Virus record (IMG/VR): IMGVR_UViG_3300023179_000076
Span: 1 to 64,000 of that record
Reading direction: 5' to 3' (one strand)
Length of the DNA stretch: 64,000 bases
Source of the DNA: an uncultured virus (IMG/VR IMGVR_UViG_3300023179_000076)
Lineage: Duplodnaviria > Heunggongvirae > Uroviricota > Caudoviricetes
Below are positions 39,701 to 47,693 of the stretch, one piece after another. Below the pieces are notes generated by a model. It was not told the origin of the DNA and ran no database searches. It was given only the letters and a program-made list of their open reading frames with translations. A program made the position numbers and the translations under genes. Every line of letters begins with the position of its first letter. The first letter of the stretch is position 1.

Positions 39701-40483
39701 AGATCCTCCGTAAGGATCCAATATTATCCAACAATTATCCAATAGATTTTCAAAACCCTCTATTGTTACACTATATGTTATTCCTCCTGGTCTGTTATTT
39801 CTTTCCCAGTTTTTAACTAATCCTATAAATTCAAAATTATCAAATTTAAAATATACTGGAGTATTTATAATATCATAAGTCCATAAACCATTGGCGCCGG
39901 GAGTATTAAGGGGTTGTCCATTATGGCCAGCGCTTCGAGATATGCCTCCGCCTGGCTGTACTTTGGTGCCTGTTGCAAAGAATCCTGGATCTCCATGCAT
40001 CCAATATTTGGAAACAAATCTATTATTTATCCATTCATAATATATTTTACCAGGAACATTTTTTTCTTTTGGCGGATCAGGAGTCCCATCCTGTTTGGTT
40101 CTGTTAGGATTATAAGGATTTCCTAATTCATCCACATAACAATCATTGCCAGAGCATTCATAGTAATGATTGGGCAAATAAGATAAATCATTATAGTGTG
40201 GAATATTATAGAAATCTCTACCTAAACTTCTATTTCCATTATGCCCACTAGGCAATGGAGATATTTGAGGTTCGCCTGGTAAAGGAGCTGACGACTCGTC
40301 ATGAAGATGTCCATAGTCCGCTGGTTGGTTTTGATAAAATTTTCTAAAAGGAACTTGACCAAAAGGCTGAACATCTTCTATTAACTCAACAGTGAGACTA
40401 CTACGATTCCCACCCCAGCCAACACTACTACTATAACCAATAACACTAGCTCCTAAAAATAGTGTTTGTCCTACAACCTTCAT
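33755..40483 (-). CDS. Very large virion protein (2242 aa), putative tail tip or baseplate hub
   Basis: Uninterrupted ORF downstream of tape measure and fibre genes; start FLGASV...GWG...LTVELIED. Confidence 0.6.
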   Translation of the reverse strand: MKVVGQTLFLGASVIGYSSSVGWGGNRSSLTVELIEDVQPFGQVPFRKFYQNQPADYGHLHDESSAPLPGEPQISPLPSGHNGNRSLGRDFYNIPHYNDLSYLPNHYYECSGNDCYVDELGNPYNPNRTKQDGTPDPPKEKNVPGKIYYEWINNRFVSKYWMHGDPGFFATGTKVQPGGGISRSAGHNGQPLNTPGANGLWTYDIINTPVYFKFDNFEFIGLVKNWERNNRPGGITYSVTIEGFENLLDNCWIILDPYGGSIFGSQGLGKGTPVNDINLNNFNYNGLLSQGNIPNIFNVYGFLESFGIDFFGGSNKNENGLRAIDVLSGLAALTSSHTRLDRDAAFSPFGRILTKSMADIYGNIQDIKSFGIITPTIGTNRNIIDNPPPLYNTFSLDLSDIGGLISDYRIENRSQSISSFLNQLVSANGTDYTTRVIPAIDSDGLYQFVIKIMTVDRTEYRSPYNIRSIVTNLENQQYNISSSNFGQDVNENVTHKFIIGGPQQRLLQVKNYRLPYAQTNYIYNPILKKFITLNRPSNKARVPDVMSTRHPYISTLSLGPYIGNRLNTNDTERDTRFTSLDSQWKDIEVSAIGLSEEIIKGNYKNSNIYLSEYKSYIVREDDLNKDVQPSQPKEPCTPGQLSGDETLDTHYIDTTCVYFVPTPCPSKSREESNNSCSDNPELPGGNQSSQDPTMDKIPDFSDGGFVPITGFDAPASRYLNLHNDWICPYFGRTLEEQLPPADDANEFRSIRPVHLDIWTNQIVVSFYMHELPQVNIGEPLPLYDSSIFNKNRLTMDVMGAGLDRGEVGAGAGGTNSGSNSTPNPATGDAAEGSWQPLGTDPKRRYSYNKPGFTVTESEMRAAQVDFNSYLAYCLAKSKYSKPDLFLMLVSAYQLKGELFANEDLTTYNSVDDDDIKGGSGLHRGGVGERNVNHEGVNSIPGNAAKTDLNMNWNLYLNHNFIKDLQIVCEFIKNLADKYYGKQYMVKLPDMILYKDLQYSSIRIPGVYSSIAVYAGSNKIFKNYALAEGAWEEPGNFIDDCVMIGSNASKIFTDDNNLITPIAGYNNSLNIDDVRQRWCERDRQERIRRLFGEGDNSIGQRMLDSLSEAANEIDDIIDNLDQSDAELASVAQIAAENRIRTILNDIVKKHNRELEAQKELREFGTTINCISGLDRARMQLIWNNMWASINKSIKEYLQDPTVTGLATLADQWPSIINEAQQSILNMSLLTFGVHSLDISNLSGEADSDYIIVPVSSKKEPFGRPSPRSSKLFIKANDDKIVFGNIINLTDPRAIMTVDKLDVFDTSLAYVKDPGLSIIANIAIEDSLIYMKVKNKLQNLREERNEALDNGDQQRAEQILSDMHILKTEVDYIRYLKEYIVPEIDSRYLVATGPKANPSVDHARMAPRAAHPYFFAIPLVSNQFCYGPWTNYADNFIAQPYINNLIHHSKVEYDPELVPWKYGSSSALDRAVGYRLNADVNYQTVLERGSVSIVGPPIFGLGGIFFDNPSFTPPAGQYRFDNDNYRVRYVPNTFFDTKRNGYREITYDCIRIDHRGVSSDGPLISNISIQVGVAGVTTTYQFQTYNPKTGLYSKTYADAIREFNNDTSKLQKAIANVQNRLTSKIESARLKTLKQARTGRTPFGIDKFKTELYNESPIEIFVGQNITSLKNPVWWKDINTNLIKDIGDNPLPIGKTTEDRKRFLNQKRMYSWVGAVMGKEIGAELLQQYNSKAAMSLDGLMSPVSFYPTQYNRTFNISTYVAGSGVPVGNGNTDTTCPYCYNKRYITIPHIDYHTNAGEALTTTFYDDKTPADIQIPCPVCSRAKIDIKKNDKFPDSETGLPDINLYSLNPIVVSSGEFRNPYASGIDRCRHSIGAISRGEYNPTEESFYINTNINTYRNGHNPDFSRFDTKVKELENINVLLNQRFLALRGPLMMHGWGFDTDGYPIPNAYDMPYSIDDKGRQLRFQLVSDTGNNKFGSNNLEIFGKYEVSTGDTAPLGDIITTRYEWKGTGNGINTGNGKWTKKNKPSKKFYLNWAERPDLWPVGPIDVRWDNERRVWDASGGGCKEEILPPFIVTNRTDISTLQEFLENKTENKCPYRNIYVTLESDMIKEDDYDSTYSTRAFIDDIEYNKEPVQNGYRRLVYVIDKTGYTAPRGTKLLCRYDRFSGFYEPIGKPSVTAIGTIGTGNQARIEAHYVSGRRAGQAPVFVISYSNPLGLSASVGTKGIFIFINGKWTLSSARP

Positions 40484-40484
40484 T

Positions 40485-42491
40485 TTAATGATCCCTAAAA
40501 TCTCTTGTTATTGAAAGCTGCTGATATGTCCAGCTAACATTTCTAGAATACTTTCCAGTAGTAGGATTCCATGTTTCACCGTCCTGAGATGTATACACCA
40601 AACCTTCTCTCTGTGTGGGTTCATTAGGCAAGAACTCACTTGGAGAATATGGTCTATGTGCCTCTATAATTTTTTCAATAGTTTGGAAAAGATAGCCGCT
40701 TTTATGCATTGGACATGCTGGACTATTAATAGATAATTGATTAATACCTGTTATTGGCATTATTCCTATTTCTACACTAATTGTTTTTCTGGGTAAAGAT
40801 CTTCCAGTTCTTTGTATTATTGGGCCCAAAGCCCTACCTATAATATTTAATTCTGTGGTACTATCTACAGGATTATCATAATTCACACTAATATTTTCAC
40901 TAATTACGCCACTAATAATTGTTAATCTAGTACTATATTCATAACTATAATTTATTGTGCCTTTTCTTGGATCATGGCCTTCGCTTGTATTTATTGGAAT
41001 AGTACTAAGTAAAGTTTCTTTACTATATATGGGATTATTAGGAATAGTTGGAGGATTTGTAGTATAAGATGGTGTGTAGGTTATTGTTCTATCTGAACTA
41101 TTAACAGCTAAGCACGCTCTCCTATATAGCATTGGCTTGATGTGTTCTAACCAAGCATTACGAGCATTATCGTATTTGATACTTGATATAGACTGCGACA
41201 AAAGATTCGATGATGGCGATCCAAAAGCTGGTGGCGAAACAATATCTAAAGAATTATAAGTATTAGCATTAGATTGAGCATTAACATTGTAAGCATCCAA
41301 TCTTAACTGAGAGTCTATATCTCCACCATTACCAGTGCCACTAACTAAGACTCCACTATTTGTCATTAATCCTTGATTTGATATAGCTAAACCGACTATA
41401 CTACCAGCTACTCTTACTGTTCTAATATAATCTTCTCCAGTAGATGTTTCTAATGTATAAGTTTCGGTATATGGAACTCCACTAGGCATCGCCAGCCAAG
41501 TATCATTAATTTCATATGTGCCATTATATATATCAATATTAATTGTTCTATTATGATTAAAAGCAAATAAAGTTTGATCAAATGGATTTTTAAAATATGG
41601 AGAACTATTATTTGATATGTCAGATGTTTGAAAACTCTTTTTTGCCATATTCTCAACCCAAGTTTTAGCAAAAACATAGGGTTTTGTATTTTCATTATAT
41701 AATTCGGATCTAGATATTTTTCCAGTTGGATCATTTGGTCTGACAGACCCTTTAGCAGATAATCTTCTAGTTATACGAAACTGCGGAATATTGATAATTT
41801 GTAAAGAATGTGTTTCTGATGATGGTCCTCCAGGAGCGCTAAACGATGTTGGTCCGGCTCCGGGCGGTCTATTAAGTTTAGGATTACTATACTCATATTT
41901 TCCTGTTACTGATTTATTAAAACTTGTATATGTATTATCGTCTAAAGGCTCTATATTCCATGTGTCCTGTCTTTCTGTAACAAATGCCTCTATCGCATCG
42001 TCACCGCTTCCACTCCACAATCTTTCTGATCCTTCTAGACTAATTGTATAGTCCGCAGTTTGCACCCAATTATCTTCTGTATTATTAATTTGTATATCTC
42101 GTACCCTTAATCCACTTATTTCATGTAATATTTCAGAACCGCACTTAAATTTAAGAACACCATACGGATCATCTGTAAAAATTTTTCTTAATCCACTAAC
42201 ACCAGCTATGATGCCACTAAATCCTGGCATTGCTTTATTAGTATCTACGCCGCCAATATTTTGACCTTCTGGCCATCTAAGAATTTTACCAATAAGAGTT
42301 ACATTTGTTGTTACGCTTTCGGCTAGATCATTACCATTATTATTAAAACTATAACTAATATCAACAACAGGCACTGGTCCAGTTATAGAATGAATATCGG
42401 TACCATTATAATTTATTACTATCCTAGGTGTATTCCCAACACTCTGAGTAGTAAAATTATCTTGTTGTAAATTTAATTGATTATATACCAT
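40485..42491 (-). CDS. Putative tail/baseplate structural protein
   Basis: 668-aa beta-rich ORF in the tail module. Confidence 0.55.
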   Translation of the reverse strand: MVYNQLNLQQDNFTTQSVGNTPRIVINYNGTDIHSITGPVPVVDISYSFNNNGNDLAESVTTNVTLIGKILRWPEGQNIGGVDTNKAMPGFSGIIAGVSGLRKIFTDDPYGVLKFKCGSEILHEISGLRVRDIQINNTEDNWVQTADYTISLEGSERLWSGSGDDAIEAFVTERQDTWNIEPLDDNTYTSFNKSVTGKYEYSNPKLNRPPGAGPTSFSAPGGPSSETHSLQIINIPQFRITRRLSAKGSVRPNDPTGKISRSELYNENTKPYVFAKTWVENMAKKSFQTSDISNNSSPYFKNPFDQTLFAFNHNRTINIDIYNGTYEINDTWLAMPSGVPYTETYTLETSTGEDYIRTVRVAGSIVGLAISNQGLMTNSGVLVSGTGNGGDIDSQLRLDAYNVNAQSNANTYNSLDIVSPPAFGSPSSNLLSQSISSIKYDNARNAWLEHIKPMLYRRACLAVNSSDRTITYTPSYTTNPPTIPNNPIYSKETLLSTIPINTSEGHDPRKGTINYSYEYSTRLTIISGVISENISVNYDNPVDSTTELNIIGRALGPIIQRTGRSLPRKTISVEIGIMPITGINQLSINSPACPMHKSGYLFQTIEKIIEAHRPYSPSEFLPNEPTQREGLVYTSQDGETWNPTTGKYSRNVSWTYQQLSITRDFRDH

Positions 42492-42499
42492 ATTTTATA

Positions 42500-43834
42500 T
42501 TAAATATTTTTTTGTGTCCAAGAAATTCCACTATCATTACTAATATATACTTGTCCATTCATAACCGACGCTATCAATTTAGTACCATCGCTATTGCTTG
42601 CTATGCTAGTCCAGCTTCTATTGCTTTCTCTAGCTGTCCAAGAAATCCCGCTATCTGTGCTTGTATATATTTGGCCTCCACTATGTGTCGCAACAAGTTT
42701 TGTGCCATCACTACTACCAGCAATACTAGTCCAATATCTTGTGGATTCTCTTGCTGTCCAACTAGCTCCAGTGTCTGTGCTTGTATAAATATTTGTATTG
42801 ATTCCAACAACAGCCATTTTGCTTCCATTATCACTAATGGTTGCTTCTTGCCAAGAACCATCTGGTAGACTTATAATTGCAGAAGAATTAACACCAAAAT
42901 TTATACTCTTATATATCTTGTTACCAGTAGTTTCACCCCCTAGTATTATGCTACCATCAGAATCGCTTGCTACAAAAGTCCAGGCTCTGGATATAGACAT
43001 AGTTGACCAATTATCGCCAAAATCATCACTAATTAAAATTCTACCATTCTCAATAGCAACCATAATATACCCACCATCTTTGCTAATATAAACATCAGTA
43101 ATACCAAATCCTTCCGAGATACTTTTATTTGTCCAAGTAATACCGCTATCACTACTTATATAAATATCATTATTATCAAGACTTGTTGATGCTACTATTT
43201 TAGTCCCATCCGCGCTCATAGACACACTGTTCCATGAATCAATATTATTTCTAGGTGTCCATGATAAGCCACCATTTGTGCTAGTATAAATATTGCCAAA
43301 TGATGCTACTGCCACCAATGAATTACCGTCGGCACTGCTAGCCACAGCACTCCATTGCCTACTACCTAAGCTGGTTGAAGTTACAGTTGGTGTTGGTGTT
43401 AAAGTTCTTGTTGGAGTTTTGGTTGGTGTTATACTTGGTGTTGGTGTTTGTGATGGAGGTATATAACTAGGAGTAACAGTTGGGGTTACAGAAGGAGTTA
43501 CTGTTACTGTTGGTGTGGGAGTAGGTATAGGAGGATCACAACTATTATAATCTGGACATTTAATAAAATTACTATAAGTTAAACTATTATTTTCATTAAT
43601 ATCAAAAACATTAACTTCTAATAATAGATTGCTAATTCTCGTATCTTTAGTGAGTAAAACAAAGGCATTTTTAACAGAACTAGCTGCTCTAAAATTAAAA
43701 GAATATTTATCTAAATTAGCATTATATTGATTTTGAGCGTAGTGTATTTTATAGGTTACAAGATACTCGTGACATATTAATAAATTATTTAATTGAATTG
43801 GAATAACATCTGTAGAAACAAAAATATCTGTCAT
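42500..43834 (-). CDS. Putative receptor-binding protein: Ig-like N-terminus, Pro/Thr linker, Asp-box beta-propeller
   Basis: PTPTPTVTVTP linker followed by about seven repeats of W.SIA.SSDG.KL.A....IY.S.D.G.SW. Confidence 0.75.
   Translation of the reverse strand: MTDIFVSTDVIPIQLNNLLICHEYLVTYKIHYAQNQYNANLDKYSFNFRAASSVKNAFVLLTKDTRISNLLLEVNVFDINENNSLTYSNFIKCPDYNSCDPPIPTPTPTVTVTPSVTPTVTPSYIPPSQTPTPSITPTKTPTRTLTPTPTVTSTSLGSRQWSAVASSADGNSLVAVASFGNIYTSTNGGLSWTPRNNIDSWNSVSMSADGTKIVASTSLDNNDIYISSDSGITWTNKSISEGFGITDVYISKDGGYIMVAIENGRILISDDFGDNWSTMSISRAWTFVASDSDGSIILGGETTGNKIYKSINFGVNSSAIISLPDGSWQEATISDNGSKMAVVGINTNIYTSTDTGASWTARESTRYWTSIAGSSDGTKLVATHSGGQIYTSTDSGISWTARESNRSWTSIASNSDGTKLIASVMNGQVYISNDSGISWTQKNI
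42510..43360 (-). repeat. BNR/Asp-box repeats with about 120-nt period
   Basis: GCTGTCCA...TCTGTGCTTGTATA repeats at about 42633-42667 and 42753-42787; protein repeats SxDxGxSW. Confidence 0.75.
43375..43535 (-). repeat. Pro/Thr low-complexity linker
   Basis: PPIPTPTPTVTVTPSVTPTVTPS...TPTPSITPTKTPTRTLTPTPTVTST. Confidence 0.85.
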
Positions 43835-43852
43835 ATCTTAGTCCTTAGTTGG

Positions 43853-45013
43853 TCAATCGCACGAATCACTTCTACAAGCTAATCCAACAGTGTCATGAAC
43901 CTTTATATTTGTATTTGTATGAATCAGTTCAACAGTTAATAAAGTTTGAGCATAATCAGTAAGATTGGTACTCATTACAGTATTTATTTTTCCATATCCG
44001 CCACTCCCAAAATAAATCTCCCCACTACTTGGGCTAAATGTTAAAAACTGTGTGCCGCTAGAAGGAATACTATCAAAATTATAAGTATATTTTTCTCCAG
44101 GAATAGCATTACTAACATTAACGCTCATAAATTTTTGACCTTGACAACATCCTGGTTCTAGCGTTATTAATGGAGATCCACTAAAAACAATATTAGCGTA
44201 TCTAACACATGGTAGACAATTATCGCATTCTATAGCGGTCTCTTTACTAGTTGCTAAATCACCACACTCCGATAGTATACTCAGTGTTAAATTCGTATGA
44301 AGTTTTTTATTATTAAAATCTTTCTCAGCCATACTATCAAGAGTATATGGTAATAAATTCGATGTTCCGCTGGGACAATTTCCGGAAGGATAGCAAAACA
44401 TTAATTTGCTAACTATAGTTTCTGTTCCATCTTGTGACGCAATAAATGATCCGCTAATGGGTTTTAATATGCTAGGCCAATTACTATCATTACATGTAAA
44501 ACTATAATTATATTTCGCATTAGGTAATAATCCACTAGCTATCCCAGTAATACTAACTATATTAGATGACGTTAAAGTAATTTTACTAGGAATAGTTTCG
44601 CAGTTTTGACTGCCACATCCAGAAATATCAACACCCATTTGATAAACGCATCCCGAGCATTTAACAAGTTGAACCGGAGATTGAATAATTGACCCATCTC
44701 CCAAACTAGTGACTTTGGCAGATATATTCGTGAATACTTCGTCTGTTTGATACCCACAAGTTAATAGATCATAATCTAAATAGTTTTGATTGTGAGATGA
44801 TCCTGTTGTGGGTAAAAATATAATAGTAGTATCTATATTTCTAGTTTTACTTGTTGCTGTAAAAGAACCGCTAGGAGGCAACGCTATAACGGGCCAATTC
44901 CCACCAAGTCCGACTATATCGTATCTATAATCTTCTCTTTTTATTAATCCACTAACTGGAATAGATAGATTAAAGTTATTATTTTTTTTCATAATTAAAA
45001 ACCTTATAAGCAA
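43853..45013 (-). CDS. Virion protein with three Ig-like repeats (start possibly ATG 44992)
   Basis: Repeated SGL...Y.Y......NWP....P.SG.F units ending in CxxC. Confidence 0.65.
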   Translation of the reverse strand: MLIRFLIMKKNNNFNLSIPVSGLIKREDYRYDIVGLGGNWPVIALPPSGSFTATSKTRNIDTTIIFLPTTGSSHNQNYLDYDLLTCGYQTDEVFTNISAKVTSLGDGSIIQSPVQLVKCSGCVYQMGVDISGCGSQNCETIPSKITLTSSNIVSITGIASGLLPNAKYNYSFTCNDSNWPSILKPISGSFIASQDGTETIVSKLMFCYPSGNCPSGTSNLLPYTLDSMAEKDFNNKKLHTNLTLSILSECGDLATSKETAIECDNCLPCVRYANIVFSGSPLITLEPGCCQGQKFMSVNVSNAIPGEKYTYNFDSIPSSGTQFLTFSPSSGEIYFGSGGYGKINTVMSTNLTDYAQTLLTVELIHTNTNIKVHDTVGLACRSDSCD

Positions 45014-46215
45014 TCATTACAATATATTGTTAGTGGCGTGCTATATACACTACTGCTGTTTTGAAATAAATAATATGGCTCCGTACATGTGTTTGGGGTA
45101 ATTTTTAGAACAAAAGATGTGTAATAAGATTCTATAAATTTTGGATCAACAGTATAATCTAAAACAGAAGAATCCGTAGATGGACAAAGACCAGTTGTTG
45201 GACAGAATGTTAGTCTTGATGTTAGTGTAAAGTCTTCATTTGGCCTGTAAGAAGTTATAACTCCACTAATTGGTGTTATAAACATAGCTGGCCAATTGCC
45301 ACCAATACCAACATATTCATAAGTATAATTTTGTGTCGGTTCCAAATTAGATATTACAGAAGAAACATTGACAGTGTTTGTGGATGTAAGATCTATAGAT
45401 GGACTATATTGTTGTAAATTAATGCGTACTCTTGGTAAGCAGTCTTTGCACTCCATTGTGATAGGATTACTCTTAACAGTTATACCACTAAAAGATACTG
45501 GTTTTATTTCTAATTCGAATGTACTATATAAATCTATCTCATTAAAGTTAGGACATCTATTTTTAATATTGCCCATAATTATATCTGGATCAATTACACA
45601 AGAACAACAGGAACCAGAAGTTGCACAAAAAGATAAAACTGAACTTAATTTAGCCTTATCTGTTGATGGCCTAATTATTCCGGATATTGGCGATATGGTA
45701 ATTGGCCAATTTGCAGATAAGCCCTTGTACTCATACGAATATGTTTCATATTGTTGAAGCTGTCCTATTTCTGGTTTTATTACAATACTATTACCAGAAT
45801 TAGCTGAAAGAGAAATATTATTTATTCCTGTTATAATTGGAGCTAGACTATTATCAGTAAATCCTGCTACGGCATCTCCTAATATGGGAACAATTATTGG
45901 TAGACTATCTAAATTTCTTACTATGACATAATAAGATTCTTTTGAATCTAATTGTGTAAGAGTTGAGTCGGGGTGCGGTTGATAGCCGATATTATTATTT
46001 CCAAGAGAATCTGTTAAGGAAACCCTACGAGTCCAAAATACTGGAATATTATCATTTATATTTTGACTACCATATATGGAGTCTATAGATTGTATAAATG
46101 TGTTATATTGTGATAACAATATTGGATTATTGCTGAATTCCTCTGGAATTTCCATTAGGTTTAATGGTTCAGATCCAGCGTATGTAAAAATATAAAATTG
46201 ATTATTAATAATCAT
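45004..46215 (-). CDS. Virion protein with two Ig-like repeats (paralog of 43853-45013)
   Basis: YSYEYKGLSANWP..ISPISG and YTYEYVGIGGNWP...TPISG; CKDC and CNDC. Confidence 0.65.
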   Translation of the reverse strand: MIINNQFYIFTYAGSEPLNLMEIPEEFSNNPILLSQYNTFIQSIDSIYGSQNINDNIPVFWTRRVSLTDSLGNNNIGYQPHPDSTLTQLDSKESYYVIVRNLDSLPIIVPILGDAVAGFTDNSLAPIITGINNISLSANSGNSIVIKPEIGQLQQYETYSYEYKGLSANWPITISPISGIIRPSTDKAKLSSVLSFCATSGSCCSCVIDPDIIMGNIKNRCPNFNEIDLYSTFELEIKPVSFSGITVKSNPITMECKDCLPRVRINLQQYSPSIDLTSTNTVNVSSVISNLEPTQNYTYEYVGIGGNWPAMFITPISGVITSYRPNEDFTLTSRLTFCPTTGLCPSTDSSVLDYTVDPKFIESYYTSFVLKITPNTCTEPYYLFQNSSSVYSTPLTIYCNDCL

Positions 46216-46241
46216 ATAAATTAATATCTCAAAAGTAATTT

Positions 46242-46261
46242 AATTATAAGTAATATACACC
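46242..46261 (-). promoter_or_regulatory. Putative phage (late) promoter motif GGTGTATA-N5-TATAATT
   Basis: Minus strand reads GGTGTATA TTACT TATAATT in the 54-nt intergenic gap upstream of the ATG at 46215. Confidence 0.55.
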
Positions 46262-46269
46262 TAAGTCAT

Positions 46270-47172
46270 CTACGAAATATTTACTAAGCAAATAGAGGAG
46301 TTGATTACTCTACCAACACCATATATATCAGCAACAGAGGGAATCGGGGCAGCTGTATTTTTATCTACTATAACACTAATATTTTTTAAGGGTAAAAAGA
46401 CCTCAATATCATCATCCAACAGGTCTAATCTAACAAATTTCACAATAACTTGTTCGTCATAAGTTTGCGTCCAGTTATTTGATTTATTTAGAATAGTATA
46501 ATTATTTTGTATAATTTTATTAATTAATTGTTCACTATTTGCACATGTCAAAGACCTGGAAAAAATATAAGTTCCAGAATAATTATTTAACGAAACATTT
46601 AAATTTTCTGATAATTCAATATCAGTCGAACTACCCTGAATAAAGCTTCGAATTGACACTGTTTTATCTTCCGGTATTCCAGGTCCTTTAACAATCATTC
46701 CAGATAATAAAGAAGCAGTAGCATTAGCATCATTCATTCTGAGAATAGATCCACCATTAGGACCAACGCCTTCTGATGTTGTCCAACTCAACAGTCTTCC
46801 TTTGAAACTAAATTCTGAAACTGGAGAACATATAACTAAGATATAATCATTATAAATAATATTATTATATTGATCTTTAATAACAGTTTGAATCAATGAC
46901 TGTGTTTCAAAATTATGATTAGCTTTTATTTTAATATTAACAGTTGGTGAGAAATTTTTGTTTTTTATTATTGTATATGCGGGATTTTCCGGAATAAATG
47001 AAACAGTCGGTGGGGATAATGTTGGTAAAACTGATGAAACTTTAAAATCAATAATATAAATGTCTTTATTTGGCAAAGATTGCGGTACTTGTGGAAATAC
47101 TAGCAATATACCAGACTCACCATCTGATAAACTAAAATTCTTTATATTTATCATAGTGATGCTTCCAAACAT
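46270..47172 (-). CDS. Hypothetical virion protein (start possibly ATG 47154)
   Basis: ORF in the tail module; LLSGMIVKGPGIPEDKTVSI is a beta module seen in phage structural proteins. Confidence 0.55.
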   Translation of the reverse strand: MFGSITMINIKNFSLSDGESGILLVFPQVPQSLPNKDIYIIDFKVSSVLPTLSPPTVSFIPENPAYTIIKNKNFSPTVNIKIKANHNFETQSLIQTVIKDQYNNIIYNDYILVICSPVSEFSFKGRLLSWTTSEGVGPNGGSILRMNDANATASLLSGMIVKGPGIPEDKTVSIRSFIQGSSTDIELSENLNVSLNNYSGTYIFSRSLTCANSEQLINKIIQNNYTILNKSNNWTQTYDEQVIVKFVRLDLLDDDIEVFLPLKNISVIVDKNTAAPIPSVADIYGVGRVINSSICLVNIS

Positions 47173-47693
47173 TTAAGTGTGATTATTTGTTCAGTAATAG
47201 TTGTTAGATTAGAATCACTAACTATAAATTTAAACATACTAATATTATTATAGTTTGTATTTTTTATAGAAAAATTAATTGGTATAACAGCCTTCCTAAT
47301 ATTTCTTGTGATTCCATCGACAGTTTCTGTATATGCTTCAAATCTCGGATCAGAGATGGATATTAATTCTGATCCAGAATTTTGTGTTAGTTCTATAAAA
47401 TCAAAATTATAAATAAAAGGTTCGCTTTTTAATTTATCTATTTTAACAATAATATTATCTCCAGCACAACAAAATTTATCTATATTAGATATATTAGTAT
47501 TATTATACTCAAATGATATAATTGGTAAAGGTTCAAAACATATTTTTTGTCCTATCCATTCCATAATTGAACCATCCACTAATTTTGTATATAATTTACC
47601 TGTTTTACTGTTTATAACTAATTCTCCAACAGCTATTTGATCTGGTGCTGGAAAACCTGTTCCGGTTTCATCTCTTTTAAGTTGAAGTCTCAT
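47151..47693 (-). CDS. Tail-fibre-associated protein
   Basis: MRLQLKR....P...IAVGELVINSKTGKLY is a typical fibre N-terminal attachment motif. Confidence 0.65.
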   Translation of the reverse strand: MRLQLKRDETGTGFPAPDQIAVGELVINSKTGKLYTKLVDGSIMEWIGQKICFEPLPIISFEYNNTNISNIDKFCCAGDNIIVKIDKLKSEPFIYNFDFIELTQNSGSELISISDPRFEAYTETVDGITRNIRKAVIPINFSIKNTNYNNISMFKFIVSDSNLTTITEQIITLKCLEASL

